From Myxococcota bacterium (GTDB lineage: Bacteria; Myxococcota_A; UBA9042; PHBI01; JAWLBL01): DNA of 64,000 bases. Below the pieces are notes generated by a model, which did not search any database, was not told where the DNA came from, and saw nothing but the letters and a program-made list of their open reading frames with translations. Below, one piece after another: positions 32,146 through 40,846 of the stretch. The translations under genes were made by a program, and so were the position numbers. The stretch lies in assembly GCA_041687695.1 (NCBI GenBank), contig JAWLBL010000004.1, positions 128,001-192,000 of the forward strand, given 5' to 3'. The first letter of the stretch is position 1. Each line of letters begins with the position of its first letter.

Positions 32146-33198
32146 TCAGAGGTGGCGCGCCAGGAAGTCGAAGGTGTCCCGCCACGAGCGGCGGGCCTGC
32201 TCCTGCCACAGCAGCGCGTGGAAGGCGTGGAGCCCGCCCGGGTACAGGCGCACCTCGTGCGGCGTGTCCAGGCGCTCGAGGGCGGCGCCGAGGCGGCGCG
32301 TGTCGTCGAGCAGCGGGTCGCGCGTGCCGGCCACGGCGAAGAAGGCGGGCAGGGGGCGATCGGGGGGCTCGCCGCGCTCGAGGATGAGCAGCGGGTCGGC
32401 CAGCCCGTAGTCGCTGGCGCAGGGGCCGGGGGGCAGGTAGTGGGTGGCGCACTCGATGACGCGATCGCCGACCCAGCGGTTGAGCTGCGGGTAGCGGCGC
32501 AGGATGCGGTGGGGGTCGCTGACCTGCAGCACGCCGCAGGCGGGCAGGGCGACCCGCGGCCGCAGGCCCGTGTCGAAGAGCTCGCTCGCCCAGGGCTCGG
32601 GGCGTCGGTAGCTGGTGGCGATGGCGACGGCCGTGGCGAGGTTGGCCCCCGCCGACTCCCCCGCGACGATCAGCCGGTCGAGGTCGGCGCCCCAGGCGCC
32701 GCCGTTGCGGGCGATCCAGGCGGCCGCGGCGCAGCTGTCGTGGGCGGCGGCCGGGAAGCGGTGCTGCGGGGCGAGGCGGTAGTTGATGTTGAAGACGACG
32801 TAGCCCTGCCGCGCGAAGGCCAGGGCCATCATCCAGTGGGTCTCCTTCGACAGGATCGTGAAGGCGCCGCCGTGGATGTACAGCACCGCCGGCAGCGGGC
32901 CGCGGCGGAAGGTCGGCCGGTAGATGTCGAGGCGGTGGTGGCGCGCGCCCGAGTCGGTGTAGGCGACCTCGCGGATGACCTCGACGCCGTGGCGCGCCGG
33001 GTTGGCCATCGGGTGCAGGCGGCCGGCGCGGGCCAGCTGCTCGAAGGCCTGCCGGAAGACGACGGCACCCACACGCGCGCGCAGGGGGCGGGCGCCGAGC
33101 GGGATCGCGGCGCTGGCCTCGAGGGCGCCGAGGGCGTCGCCGAGCGAGCCGTCGTGCTCTGGGGATGGGGCGTCGGGCGGGGCCATGGCTACCTCCAT
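32146..33198 (-). CDS. Alpha/beta hydrolase, HSL/esterase family
   Basis: HGGA, YRLAP, GESAG, DPL and HAF motifs; start could be 33186. Confidence 0.9.
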   Translation of the reverse strand: MEVAMAPPDAPSPEHDGSLGDALGALEASAAIPLGARPLRARVGAVVFRQAFEQLARAGRLHPMANPARHGVEVIREVAYTDSGARHHRLDIYRPTFRRGPLPAVLYIHGGAFTILSKETHWMMALAFARQGYVVFNINYRLAPQHRFPAAAHDSCAAAAWIARNGGAWGADLDRLIVAGESAGANLATAVAIATSYRRPEPWASELFDTGLRPRVALPACGVLQVSDPHRILRRYPQLNRWVGDRVIECATHYLPPGPCASDYGLADPLLILERGEPPDRPLPAFFAVAGTRDPLLDDTRRLGAALERLDTPHEVRLYPGGLHAFHALLWQEQARRSWRDTFDFLARHL

Positions 33199-33266
33199 GG
33201 AGGATGGCTTATCGCCTCGTGAGGGCCCTGTCCAATGGGGTGCAGTGGCGGCAGGGCGTCGATTCG

Positions 33267-33380
33267 AAAAAAGGCGACCCGCGTCCAGAGCCGCCTGGAT
33301 GGGGACACTCGGCGGTCGGGACGCGGGTCGTGGGGGGGCGGCGCTCGGCGATGTGGGGGGGGGAAATCGCTGCCGAGAAC
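33267..33380 (-). ncRNA. Candidate structured RNA / long terminator
   Basis: Two stem-loops and a U6 tract on the minus strand (see findings). Confidence 0.35.
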
Positions 33381-33499
33381 CACCAACGTCCCTCGTAACG
33401 CGGCGTGGCCAGAGCCTATTTCGCGGTATCGACGGGGAGGTGCGATCAGCGCGCGGAGGGGAGGGGAGGGCGCCGACCGCGCCGCGGGGACGTGCAGGG

Positions 33500-34444
33500 T
33501 CAGTGGGTGTGGGCGGCCGCGGCCGGGGCGAGCTGGCCGCGGGCCGTGTGGGCGCGGTCGCGGGTCAGCTGCTGGAGCTGGCGGATCAGCTCGGGGGGCG
33601 CCGCGACGACGCGCAGGTTGCCTGCGCGCAGGCGCTGCTGGACCTGGGCGAGGGTCATCGAGGTGCCGATGCACTCGTTGCTCGCGGCGGCGGGCTGGAT
33701 GTTGCCGTAGCGCTGCTGGATCTCGGCGTCGAGCGCGGCGATGCGCTCCTCGCTGGCCGGGTGGCTGGACAGGAAGGTGGGGACGCGGCCGCCGCCGCCC
33801 TGCATGGCGATGAGCTTGCGGAAGAAGCTGGAGAGCCCGTAGGGGTTGTAGCCGGCGTCGTGGGCGATGCGCAGCGCGATGGAGTCGGCCTCGCGCTCGG
33901 CGTCGCGGCTGAAGCGGTTGGAGACGATGAGGTTCCAGAAGACCTGGCCGGCGTTGCGGGCGAGGCCCTCGGGCAGCAGCAGCTGGGCGATCTGCTCGGC
34001 GGCGAGCGAGCGCTCGATGGACTGGGCGCTGTGGCGCTCGGTGATGTGGGCCAGCTCGTGGCCGACGACGCCGGCGATCTCGCTGCAGGAGTCGGCCGCC
34101 ATGATGAGGCCGCTCGTGATGTACAGGTAGCCGCCCGGGGCGGCCATGGCGTTGACGTTCTGGTTGTCGATCAGCACCCGGACCTTGTAGCCGCCGAACT
34201 CGGCGGGGTTGCGGAACTGGGTGGACGACTGGGCCAGGTGGCTCACCAGCTGGTTGGCCCAGATGGCGACCGGGTCGTCGGGGACGAGGACGTTGTATTC
34301 CTGGATCACCTGCTGATCGACGCTCTGGCCGATCTGCATCTCCTGGTCGGTCGAGACGAGCGAGCCGCCGCAGGCGGTCGCCAGCGTGCAGGTGAGGGCC
34401 AGCCCCAGCGTGGGGGCGAGGCGTCGTGAGCGTTGCGCGAACAT
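33500..34444 (-). CDS. M48 family zinc metallopeptidase lipoprotein
   Basis: ATAC lipobox; NAMAAPGG, HELAH, SRDAEREAD and SSHP motifs. Confidence 0.92.
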   Translation of the reverse strand: MFAQRSRRLAPTLGLALTCTLATACGGSLVSTDQEMQIGQSVDQQVIQEYNVLVPDDPVAIWANQLVSHLAQSSTQFRNPAEFGGYKVRVLIDNQNVNAMAAPGGYLYITSGLIMAADSCSEIAGVVGHELAHITERHSAQSIERSLAAEQIAQLLLPEGLARNAGQVFWNLIVSNRFSRDAEREADSIALRIAHDAGYNPYGLSSFFRKLIAMQGGGGRVPTFLSSHPASEERIAALDAEIQQRYGNIQPAAASNECIGTSMTLAQVQQRLRAGNLRVVAAPPELIRQLQQLTRDRAHTARGQLAPAAAAHTH

Positions 34445-34861
34445 GGCTTCTCCGGCAGGGACAGGCCGGGCCTCGACGGCGGGGAGGCCGTCGGAGGGGA
34501 GGGGGGCCCGGCGTGATTCGGCGAGGCGCGCGCGAGAGAGGGGGATGGAGACCCGGGCGGGGGGAGGGCGGCGCGCCTGACGGCTGGACCCGCCACGGCA
34601 TGGGGCCGAGCGCGGGGGGCTGGTCTGGTCCTGCGGCGGTGGGGGCCCGGGGTCGAAGCCTGTGGCGCGGGGCCTGCTTCGTCCGGGGCGTCCTCGAGCC
34701 GCGCCTCGGCGACAGGGGATGCCGTCGAGACGATCTGGATGCTCGCACGGGTCGTCGGCCCAGGGTATCCCCTGGTCGTTAACGCACGGGTCAGGGGGGA
34801 GACGCCGCCGCGCGGCGCCCTGGATTGACGCCCGCGGCCGACGTGCGCAGCATGGCCCCCC

Positions 34862-35740
34862 ATGCGACCCCCTCTCGACGGAACCGTCCTCCTCACCGGC
34901 GCCTCGGCGGGCATCGGCCGCGAGCTCGCGCGCCAGCTCGCCCCGAGCGCCTCGACCCTCATCCTCGTCGCCCGCCGCGCCGACCGCCTGCGCGACCTCG
35001 CGGCCGAGCTCGAGGCCGCCCGCCCCGATCTCCGCGTCGTGGTCAAGCCCTGCGATCTCGCCGACGTCGACGACGCGCAGCGCCTTCTCGACGCCCTCGC
35101 CGCCGAGCTGCCGCCCATCGACGTCCTCATCAACAACGCCGGCCTCGGCGACGTCACCCTGTTCGACTACGCCGACTGGGCCAAGCTCGACCAGATGCTC
35201 CTGGTCAACTGCCGCGTCCTGACCCTGCTCACCCACCGCCTGCTGCCCGGCATGATCGCCCGCGGCCGCGGCGGCGTCCTCAACGTCAGCAGCGGCTTCG
35301 GCCTGACCTTCGCCCCGGGCCTGGCCGCCTACGCCGCCACCAAGCACTACGTCACGGCCCTCACCGAAGGCCTGCGCATCGAGGCCGCCGGCACCGGCGT
35401 CGTCGTCTCCCAGCTGTGCCCCGGCCCCGTCCGCACCGAGTTCATCGACGTCGCCGGCAACCCCACCGGCCAGGACATCCCCGGCTTCGTCGAGCTGACC
35501 CCCGATCGCTGCGCCCGCCTCGCCCTGCGCGGCTTCTCCCGCGGCCGCGCCCTCATCGTCCCGGGGTTCTGGATTGGCGTCCTGCTGACCGTCGGCCGCC
35601 TGACCCCGCGCCCCATCCTGCGCCTGTTCTACGCCCCCTTCGCCCGCGCCCTGCGCCGCCGCCAGGCCGCCGCCGCCCTCACCGCCCCGCCCGCCACGGC
35701 CGACGCCGACGCCGACGCCGGAAAGGCCTCGAACGGCTAA
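34862..35740 (+). CDS. SDR oxidoreductase
   Basis: TGASAGIG, NNAG, YAATK and CPGPVRT motifs. Confidence 0.92.
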   Translation: MRPPLDGTVLLTGASAGIGRELARQLAPSASTLILVARRADRLRDLAAELEAARPDLRVVVKPCDLADVDDAQRLLDALAAELPPIDVLINNAGLGDVTLFDYADWAKLDQMLLVNCRVLTLLTHRLLPGMIARGRGGVLNVSSGFGLTFAPGLAAYAATKHYVTALTEGLRIEAAGTGVVVSQLCPGPVRTEFIDVAGNPTGQDIPGFVELTPDRCARLALRGFSRGRALIVPGFWIGVLLTVGRLTPRPILRLFYAPFARALRRRQAAAALTAPPATADADADAGKASNG

Positions 35741-36747
35741 CGCAGCCGCGCCGGCAACCTCGGGTGCGGCCGCCGCACGTCCAGCCGCCGGATCCCCAGC
35801 CGCCCCGCGATCCGCCGCACCTCCTCGACCTCCTCCCGCGTCACCGCCCGCCCCAGCGCGCCCTCCGCCCCCCCGGCGGCCCCGTACACGTGCTCGAACC
35901 GCGGGTCCGCCGCCTTGAACGCCGGCGCGTACTGGTCCATCACGTTCACGTACACGTCCGGCGACACCTCCTGCGCCAGCCACCGCAGGATCGCCCGCGC
36001 CTCCTCGACGTACCCGGGCATCACCAGATGCCGCACCAGCAGCCCCCGCCGCGCGATCCCGTCTCCGTCCACCACCAGATCCCCCACCTGCCGCTGCATC
36101 TCCGCCACCGCGTGCCGCGCCGCCTCCGGGTACCCCTCGGCCTTGAGCAGCCGCCGCGCCGTCTCGCGCCGCCACACCTTGAAGTCCGCCAGGTACACGT
36201 CCACCAGCCCGTCCAGCAGGGCCAGGCTCTCGGCCGCGTCGTACCCGCTGGTGTTGTAGACGATGGGCACCCGCAGCCCGCCCGCGACCGCCAGCGGCAG
36301 CGCCTCGACGATCTGCGCCACCACGTGCTCGGGCGTCACCAGGTTGATGTTGTGGCACCCGCGCGCCTGCAGCTCCAGCATCCGCGCGGCCAGCGCCTCG
36401 GGCGGCGCCCCCTCGCCCCGGGGCGCCCGCTGGCTGATCGAGAAGTTCTGGCAGAACACGCACTTGAGGTTGCAGTGCCCGAAGAAGATCGTCCCCGACC
36501 CGCGCCAGCCGCGCAGCACGTCCTCCTCGCCGAAGTGCGGGTAGGACGTCGCCACCTGCGCGTACCGCCCGGTCAGGCAGGTCGCCACCGCCCCCGCCAG
36601 CCGGTCCACCCCGCAGTCGCGCGGGCACAGCCGACAGGCCCGCAGCGCCTCCCGCGCCCGGGCCACACGCTCGTCCAGCACCCCGGCCCGCGCCGCGCGC
36701 ACCACCTTCGGCTCGAACTGCTGCGTCCCGCTCACGCCCGACCCCAT
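35737..36747 (-). CDS. Radical SAM protein, PflX-like
   Basis: CRLCPRDC, HFGEE..L.G.RGSGTIFF, CNLKCVFCQN and RHLVMPG motifs. Confidence 0.9.
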   Translation of the reverse strand: MGSGVSGTQQFEPKVVRAARAGVLDERVARAREALRACRLCPRDCGVDRLAGAVATCLTGRYAQVATSYPHFGEEDVLRGWRGSGTIFFGHCNLKCVFCQNFSISQRAPRGEGAPPEALAARMLELQARGCHNINLVTPEHVVAQIVEALPLAVAGGLRVPIVYNTSGYDAAESLALLDGLVDVYLADFKVWRRETARRLLKAEGYPEAARHAVAEMQRQVGDLVVDGDGIARRGLLVRHLVMPGYVEEARAILRWLAQEVSPDVYVNVMDQYAPAFKAADPRFEHVYGAAGGAEGALGRAVTREEVEEVRRIAGRLGIRRLDVRRPHPRLPARLR

Positions 36748-36851
36748 GCCCCGTATTGTACCGCGCCACGCCCCCTCTTGTATGGTCGCCCGGTGATCAA
36801 GCCCGCACTCGGTTCCGCCGCGCCCCCGCCCCGCGCCCCGGCCGCCCGCCC

Positions 36852-38435
36852 ATGAGCCTCGACCAGCTGCTCGTCTGGTTCATCGGCCTCAGCATGGGCG
36901 TCATGGCCGCGCGCCTGGTCGCCTCGGGCCAGCGCCGCTCCGGCTGGCTCGTGGTCAGCCTGCTGGTCCTCGCCGTCCTCGCCGCCGGCCTCGCCCTCGC
37001 CCCCGCCTGGGCCGGCCGCCTCGCCGCCCTCCTCTGGGTGCCCCTCTTCGTCCTGCCGGCCCTCCTCTTCCGCGCCATCCAGGCCGCCGCCGCCCGCCAG
37101 CGCTACCCCCTCGCCCAGCGCCTCGCCCGCCTCGCCGCCCTCCTCCACCCGGCCGACGGCTGGCGCGAGCAGCCCCGCATCCTGGCCGCTCACGCCCTCT
37201 ACCAGCGCGGCGACGCCCCCGCCGCCCACGCCCTGCTCGCCGACCTCGCCCGCGCCCCCGGCGGCCCCGGCGAGCAGGCCCTCGTCAACCTCCTGCGCCT
37301 CGAGCGCCGCTGGGCCGAGCTGCGCGCGCTCCTCGAGCGCCACGGCGCCCCCCCGGCCGACCCCCGCGCCCTCGGCGCCTACGCCCGCGCCCTGGCCGAG
37401 CTGGGCGATCTGCCCGCCCTCCTGCGCCTGCTCGACGCCGCCACCGACCGCCTGGAGCGCGACGACCCCGAGGTCCTCCACCTCACCCGCCTCTTCCTCG
37501 CCGCCCTGACCGGCCGCCCCGACCTCGCCCTGACCCTCCTCGCCGGCCCGCTCTCCCGCTTCGGCCCGCCCGTCCGCCAGTACTGGCTCGCCCGCGCCTG
37601 GCAGGCCGCCGGCGAGGACGCCCGCGCCGGCACGCTCCTCCTCGGCCTCCTCGCCAGCCCCGACGCCATGGTCGCCGCCAGCGCCCGCGACGCCCTGGCC
37701 CAGCCCGCCCCGCGCTTGTCCCCCGCCGCCACCCCGCCGCCGCTGCTCGCCGCCATCGACCGCGCCTGGGCCGCCATCACCGCCGACCACGCCTCGCCCA
37801 CCCTGGCGCGCCCCCCGGCCGGCCGCCCGCTCGCCACGGTCGCCCTGTGCGCCCTGCTCTTCGCCGTCTTCCTGGCCGAGCTCCCCGGCGGCGCCACCGA
37901 TCCCGACAACCTCCGCGCCATGGGCGCCATGCTCGCCCCGCTCCCCCACCTCGACGGCCAGTGGTGGCGCCTGGTCACCGCCAACTTCCTTCACTTCGGC
38001 GGCCTGCACCTCGCCCTCAACGTGCTCGGCCTGTGGTACTTCGGCCGCTACCTCGAGCGCGTGGTCGGCCCCACGCGCTTCCTGACCGTCTTCTTCGCCT
38101 CGGGCATCGGCGCCATGGCCAGCTTCCTCGCCCTGTCCAGCCTCACCCACTTCGGCCACCAGATGGTGGTCGGCGCCTCGGCCTGCCTCATGGGCATCGT
38201 CGGCTTCACCGCCGTGGCCCTGTTCGCCCAGTGGCGCCGCGGCCGCTCCCGCGCCGTCCGCCGCGAGCTGGGCTCGCTGGGCGCCCTGCTCGCCCTGCAG
38301 ACCGTCTTCGACCTCACCACCCCGCAGGTCAGCTTCATCGGCCACTCCAGCGGCCTGGTGCTGGGCCTCCTGCTGGGCCTCGCCCTCTATCCCTGGCGCG
38401 CCGCCGCCCCCGCCCCCGCGGTCGCCCGCCGATGA
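36852..38435 (+). CDS. Rhomboid intramembrane serine protease with N-terminal TM and TPR-like region
   Basis: WWRLVTANFLHFGGLHLALN, VGASA and GHSSG motifs. Confidence 0.9.
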   Translation: MSLDQLLVWFIGLSMGVMAARLVASGQRRSGWLVVSLLVLAVLAAGLALAPAWAGRLAALLWVPLFVLPALLFRAIQAAAARQRYPLAQRLARLAALLHPADGWREQPRILAAHALYQRGDAPAAHALLADLARAPGGPGEQALVNLLRLERRWAELRALLERHGAPPADPRALGAYARALAELGDLPALLRLLDAATDRLERDDPEVLHLTRLFLAALTGRPDLALTLLAGPLSRFGPPVRQYWLARAWQAAGEDARAGTLLLGLLASPDAMVAASARDALAQPAPRLSPAATPPPLLAAIDRAWAAITADHASPTLARPPAGRPLATVALCALLFAVFLAELPGGATDPDNLRAMGAMLAPLPHLDGQWWRLVTANFLHFGGLHLALNVLGLWYFGRYLERVVGPTRFLTVFFASGIGAMASFLALSSLTHFGHQMVVGASACLMGIVGFTAVALFAQWRRGRSRAVRRELGSLGALLALQTVFDLTTPQVSFIGHSSGLVLGLLLGLALYPWRAAAPAPAVARR

Positions 38436-39448
38436 GCGCGTCTCCCTCTCTCGCCGCCTGGGCCCGGCTACGCGCCCTGCTCGGCGGCCCGTCGTCACCC
38501 GCGCTGGCTGCGACCCCGGCCCCGCTCGACCAGGTCGCCCAGGCCGCCCGCCTCGGCGGCGTCGTCCGCCTGGCCCTCGCCGCCGATCCCGCCCTGGCCC
38601 CGCACCTGTCCGAGGACGCCCAGCAGCGCGCCTTCGTCGCCCTCAGCCTCGAGGCCGCCTTGGAGCGCCTCGCCGCCACCCTGCGCGCCCCAGGCCTCGC
38701 CCTCGCCCGCCCCGGCGGCTGCGCCCTGCTCAAGGGCAGCGCCACCGCCGCCCTGGTCTACCCCGACCCGCTGGCCCGCGAGCGCCGCGACCTCGATCTG
38801 CTGGTCGCCCCCGCCGACTTCCCCCGCGTCGCCGCCGCCCTCGCCGCCGCCGGCTGGACCCCCGCCGAGAGCCGAGCCTGGTGGGCCACCGCCCGCCGCC
38901 GGCACGAGCAGGCCTTTCGGCTCACCGTGGGCCGCGCCACCGTCGAGTGCGATCTGCACCGCCGCCTCAGCGCGTTCACCGCCTGGCCCATCGATCACGC
39001 GGCCCTGCTGCGCCGGGCCATCACGCCCCCGGGCGCCCTGCTGCCCGTCACCAGCCCCGAGGACACCCTGCTGCACACCGCGCTGCACGCGGTCACGGCC
39101 GGCTTCTCGGTCCCCCTGCGCGCCTGGGTCGACGTCGCCCGCCTCGCCGCCCGCCGCGATCTGGACTGGCCCGTGATCGTCACCCGCGCCCGCGCCTGGC
39201 GGCTGGCGGTCCCGCTCTGGGCCGCCCTGCAGGTCGCGACCCGCTGGCTCTCGGCCCCCGTGCCGCCCGACGTGACCCGCGATCTGGCCCCCTCGCCCGC
39301 CACGGCGCTGGCCCTGCGGCGTCTGCTCTCGGGCGACGGCGCCACGCCCCTCGGCCACCCCCGCGCCGCCCCCGCCGCCCGCCTGCTGGCCGCCGGCGGC
39401 CCCGCGACCCGCGCCCGCCTGGTCCTCGAGCGCCTGACCCACCGATAG
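38432..39448 (+). CDS. Nucleotidyltransferase family protein (NTP_transf_5-like)
   Basis: LLKG...YPDP..R..RDLDLLV and ECDLH motifs; ATGA overlap with the rhomboid gene. Confidence 0.82.
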   Translation: MSASPSLAAWARLRALLGGPSSPALAATPAPLDQVAQAARLGGVVRLALAADPALAPHLSEDAQQRAFVALSLEAALERLAATLRAPGLALARPGGCALLKGSATAALVYPDPLARERRDLDLLVAPADFPRVAAALAAAGWTPAESRAWWATARRRHEQAFRLTVGRATVECDLHRRLSAFTAWPIDHAALLRRAITPPGALLPVTSPEDTLLHTALHAVTAGFSVPLRAWVDVARLAARRDLDWPVIVTRARAWRLAVPLWAALQVATRWLSAPVPPDVTRDLAPSPATALALRRLLSGDGATPLGHPRAAPAARLLAAGGPATRARLVLERLTHR

Positions 39449-39506
39449 CGCCCAACACCGCCGGCCACCCCCTTGGCCGCCCCGCCCGGCGTGTTACCTT
39501 GCCCGC

Positions 39507-40235
39507 ATGTCGTCCAACTCGCCCGTCCGCGCCGCCGCCTTCTTCGATCTCGACCGCACGCTGGTGCGCTTCAACAGCGCCTACCTGTACGCGCGCTACG
39601 AGCGCCGCATGGGCCGCCTGTCGCGCCTGCAGCTGCTGCGCGCCGGGCTGTGGATGGGCCTGTACCACCTGTCGCTGGTCGACATGGCGCGCGCGTACGA
39701 GCAGGCGCTGCAGCACTACCGGGGCGAGCGCTCCGAGCACCTGGCCGCCCGCACCCGCGAGTGGTTCGAGGCCGAGGTCGGCCACCACCTGCTGCCGGGC
39801 GCCCGCGCCGCCCTCGACCACCACCGCGGCTCCGGGCACCCGCTGGTGCTGCTGACCGCCTCGTCCTGCTGGCTGGCCGAGGTGTCGAGCCGCGCCTGGG
39901 GCCTCGAGCACTGGATCGCCAACGTCTTCCCCATGGACGACGACGGCTGCCTGACCGGCGCGGTCTCCGAGCCCCTGTGTTACGGCCCGGGCAAGACGGT
40001 GCTGGCCGAGCGCTGGGCCGAGCAGCACGGCGTCGACGTGGGCCGCTCGTGGTTCTACTCGGACTCGTACTCGGACGTGCCGATGCTCGAGCGGGTCGCC
40101 CACCCGCGCGTCGTCAACCCCGACCCGCGCCTGCGCCGCCACGCCCGCCGCCGCGGCTGGCCCATCCTGGACTGGTCGGCGGCGACCGCCGCGGTCGTCG
40201 AGGCGATCGACGAGGCGGCGGTCGCAGCGCGCTGA
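39507..40235 (+). CDS. HAD-IB family hydrolase
   Basis: FFDLDRTL, LTAS, GKT and YSDSYSDVPML motifs. Confidence 0.9.
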   Translation: MSSNSPVRAAAFFDLDRTLVRFNSAYLYARYERRMGRLSRLQLLRAGLWMGLYHLSLVDMARAYEQALQHYRGERSEHLAARTREWFEAEVGHHLLPGARAALDHHRGSGHPLVLLTASSCWLAEVSSRAWGLEHWIANVFPMDDDGCLTGAVSEPLCYGPGKTVLAERWAEQHGVDVGRSWFYSDSYSDVPMLERVAHPRVVNPDPRLRRHARRRGWPILDWSAATAAVVEAIDEAAVAAR

Positions 40236-40250
40236 GCGCTCCCGCGGCCG

Positions 40251-40727
40251 TTACGGCGCGCCGGCCTCGGCCCAGGCCTTGAGCGTGGCCATCTCGTCGG
40301 CGGTCGGGCAGCCCGGGGCGCCCGGGGTGCAGGCCGGCGAAGGCATGCTGCCCTCTTCCAGGCGCTTGACGGCGCACTCGGCGAAGGTGTGGTCCGGGCA
40401 GTGGACCTTGCCGGCGGCGTCCTGGCTGGGGTCGAAGTCCTCGCTGAGGAAGCAGACCCCCGACGGGCAGCCGGTCGCCTGGTGGCAGGCCGAGCAGTAC
40501 TGGGTCAGCATCGGCAGGATGTCGTCCTTCCAGGTCGCCTCGGTCGGGCCGGCGGTGTCTTCGCCGGGGGACGTGTCGTCGGTGGTCTCGGAGGCGTCGA
40601 CCTCTTCGAAGCTCTTGGAGTCCTGTTCGGTGTCGTTGTCCTTGGCGCCGCCTTCGGCTTCGCACGCCGCGAAGGCGAGCAGCGGGACCGTCAGGGCGAG
40701 CACGAGGAGGCGTCGGGTGAGCAGCAT
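40251..40727 (-). CDS. Monoheme cytochrome c lipoprotein
   Basis: FAAC lipobox; CSACH heme motif; downstream SMP and AW..AGAP. Confidence 0.75.
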   Translation of the reverse strand: MLLTRRLLVLALTVPLLAFAACEAEGGAKDNDTEQDSKSFEEVDASETTDDTSPGEDTAGPTEATWKDDILPMLTQYCSACHQATGCPSGVCFLSEDFDPSQDAAGKVHCPDHTFAECAVKRLEEGSMPSPACTPGAPGCPTADEMATLKAWAEAGAP

Positions 40728-40846
40728 GCGGCGTGACCTCTTGGAGGTGGACGTGGGTAGGTGGCGCGACCCCGCGCCGCGCGAGAGGCCATTGAAGGGC
40801 GCGAAAACCCCCAGCGTCAAGCGCGCCTTGGGCGATGAGCCACCGA

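Noticed and set aside
34600..34805. Resemblance to the 5' part of 6S RNA (CCAG...CCCUGGGCCGA)
   Set aside because: No complementary 3' strand to close the long 6S rod was found, and there is no zapA/ygfA-type context.
38432..39448. Lasso peptide/RiPP cluster suggested by the NTase and nearby radical SAM gene
   Set aside because: No precursor, lasso cyclase, B protein or PqqD domain; the radical SAM protein is PflX-like and divergently transcribed.
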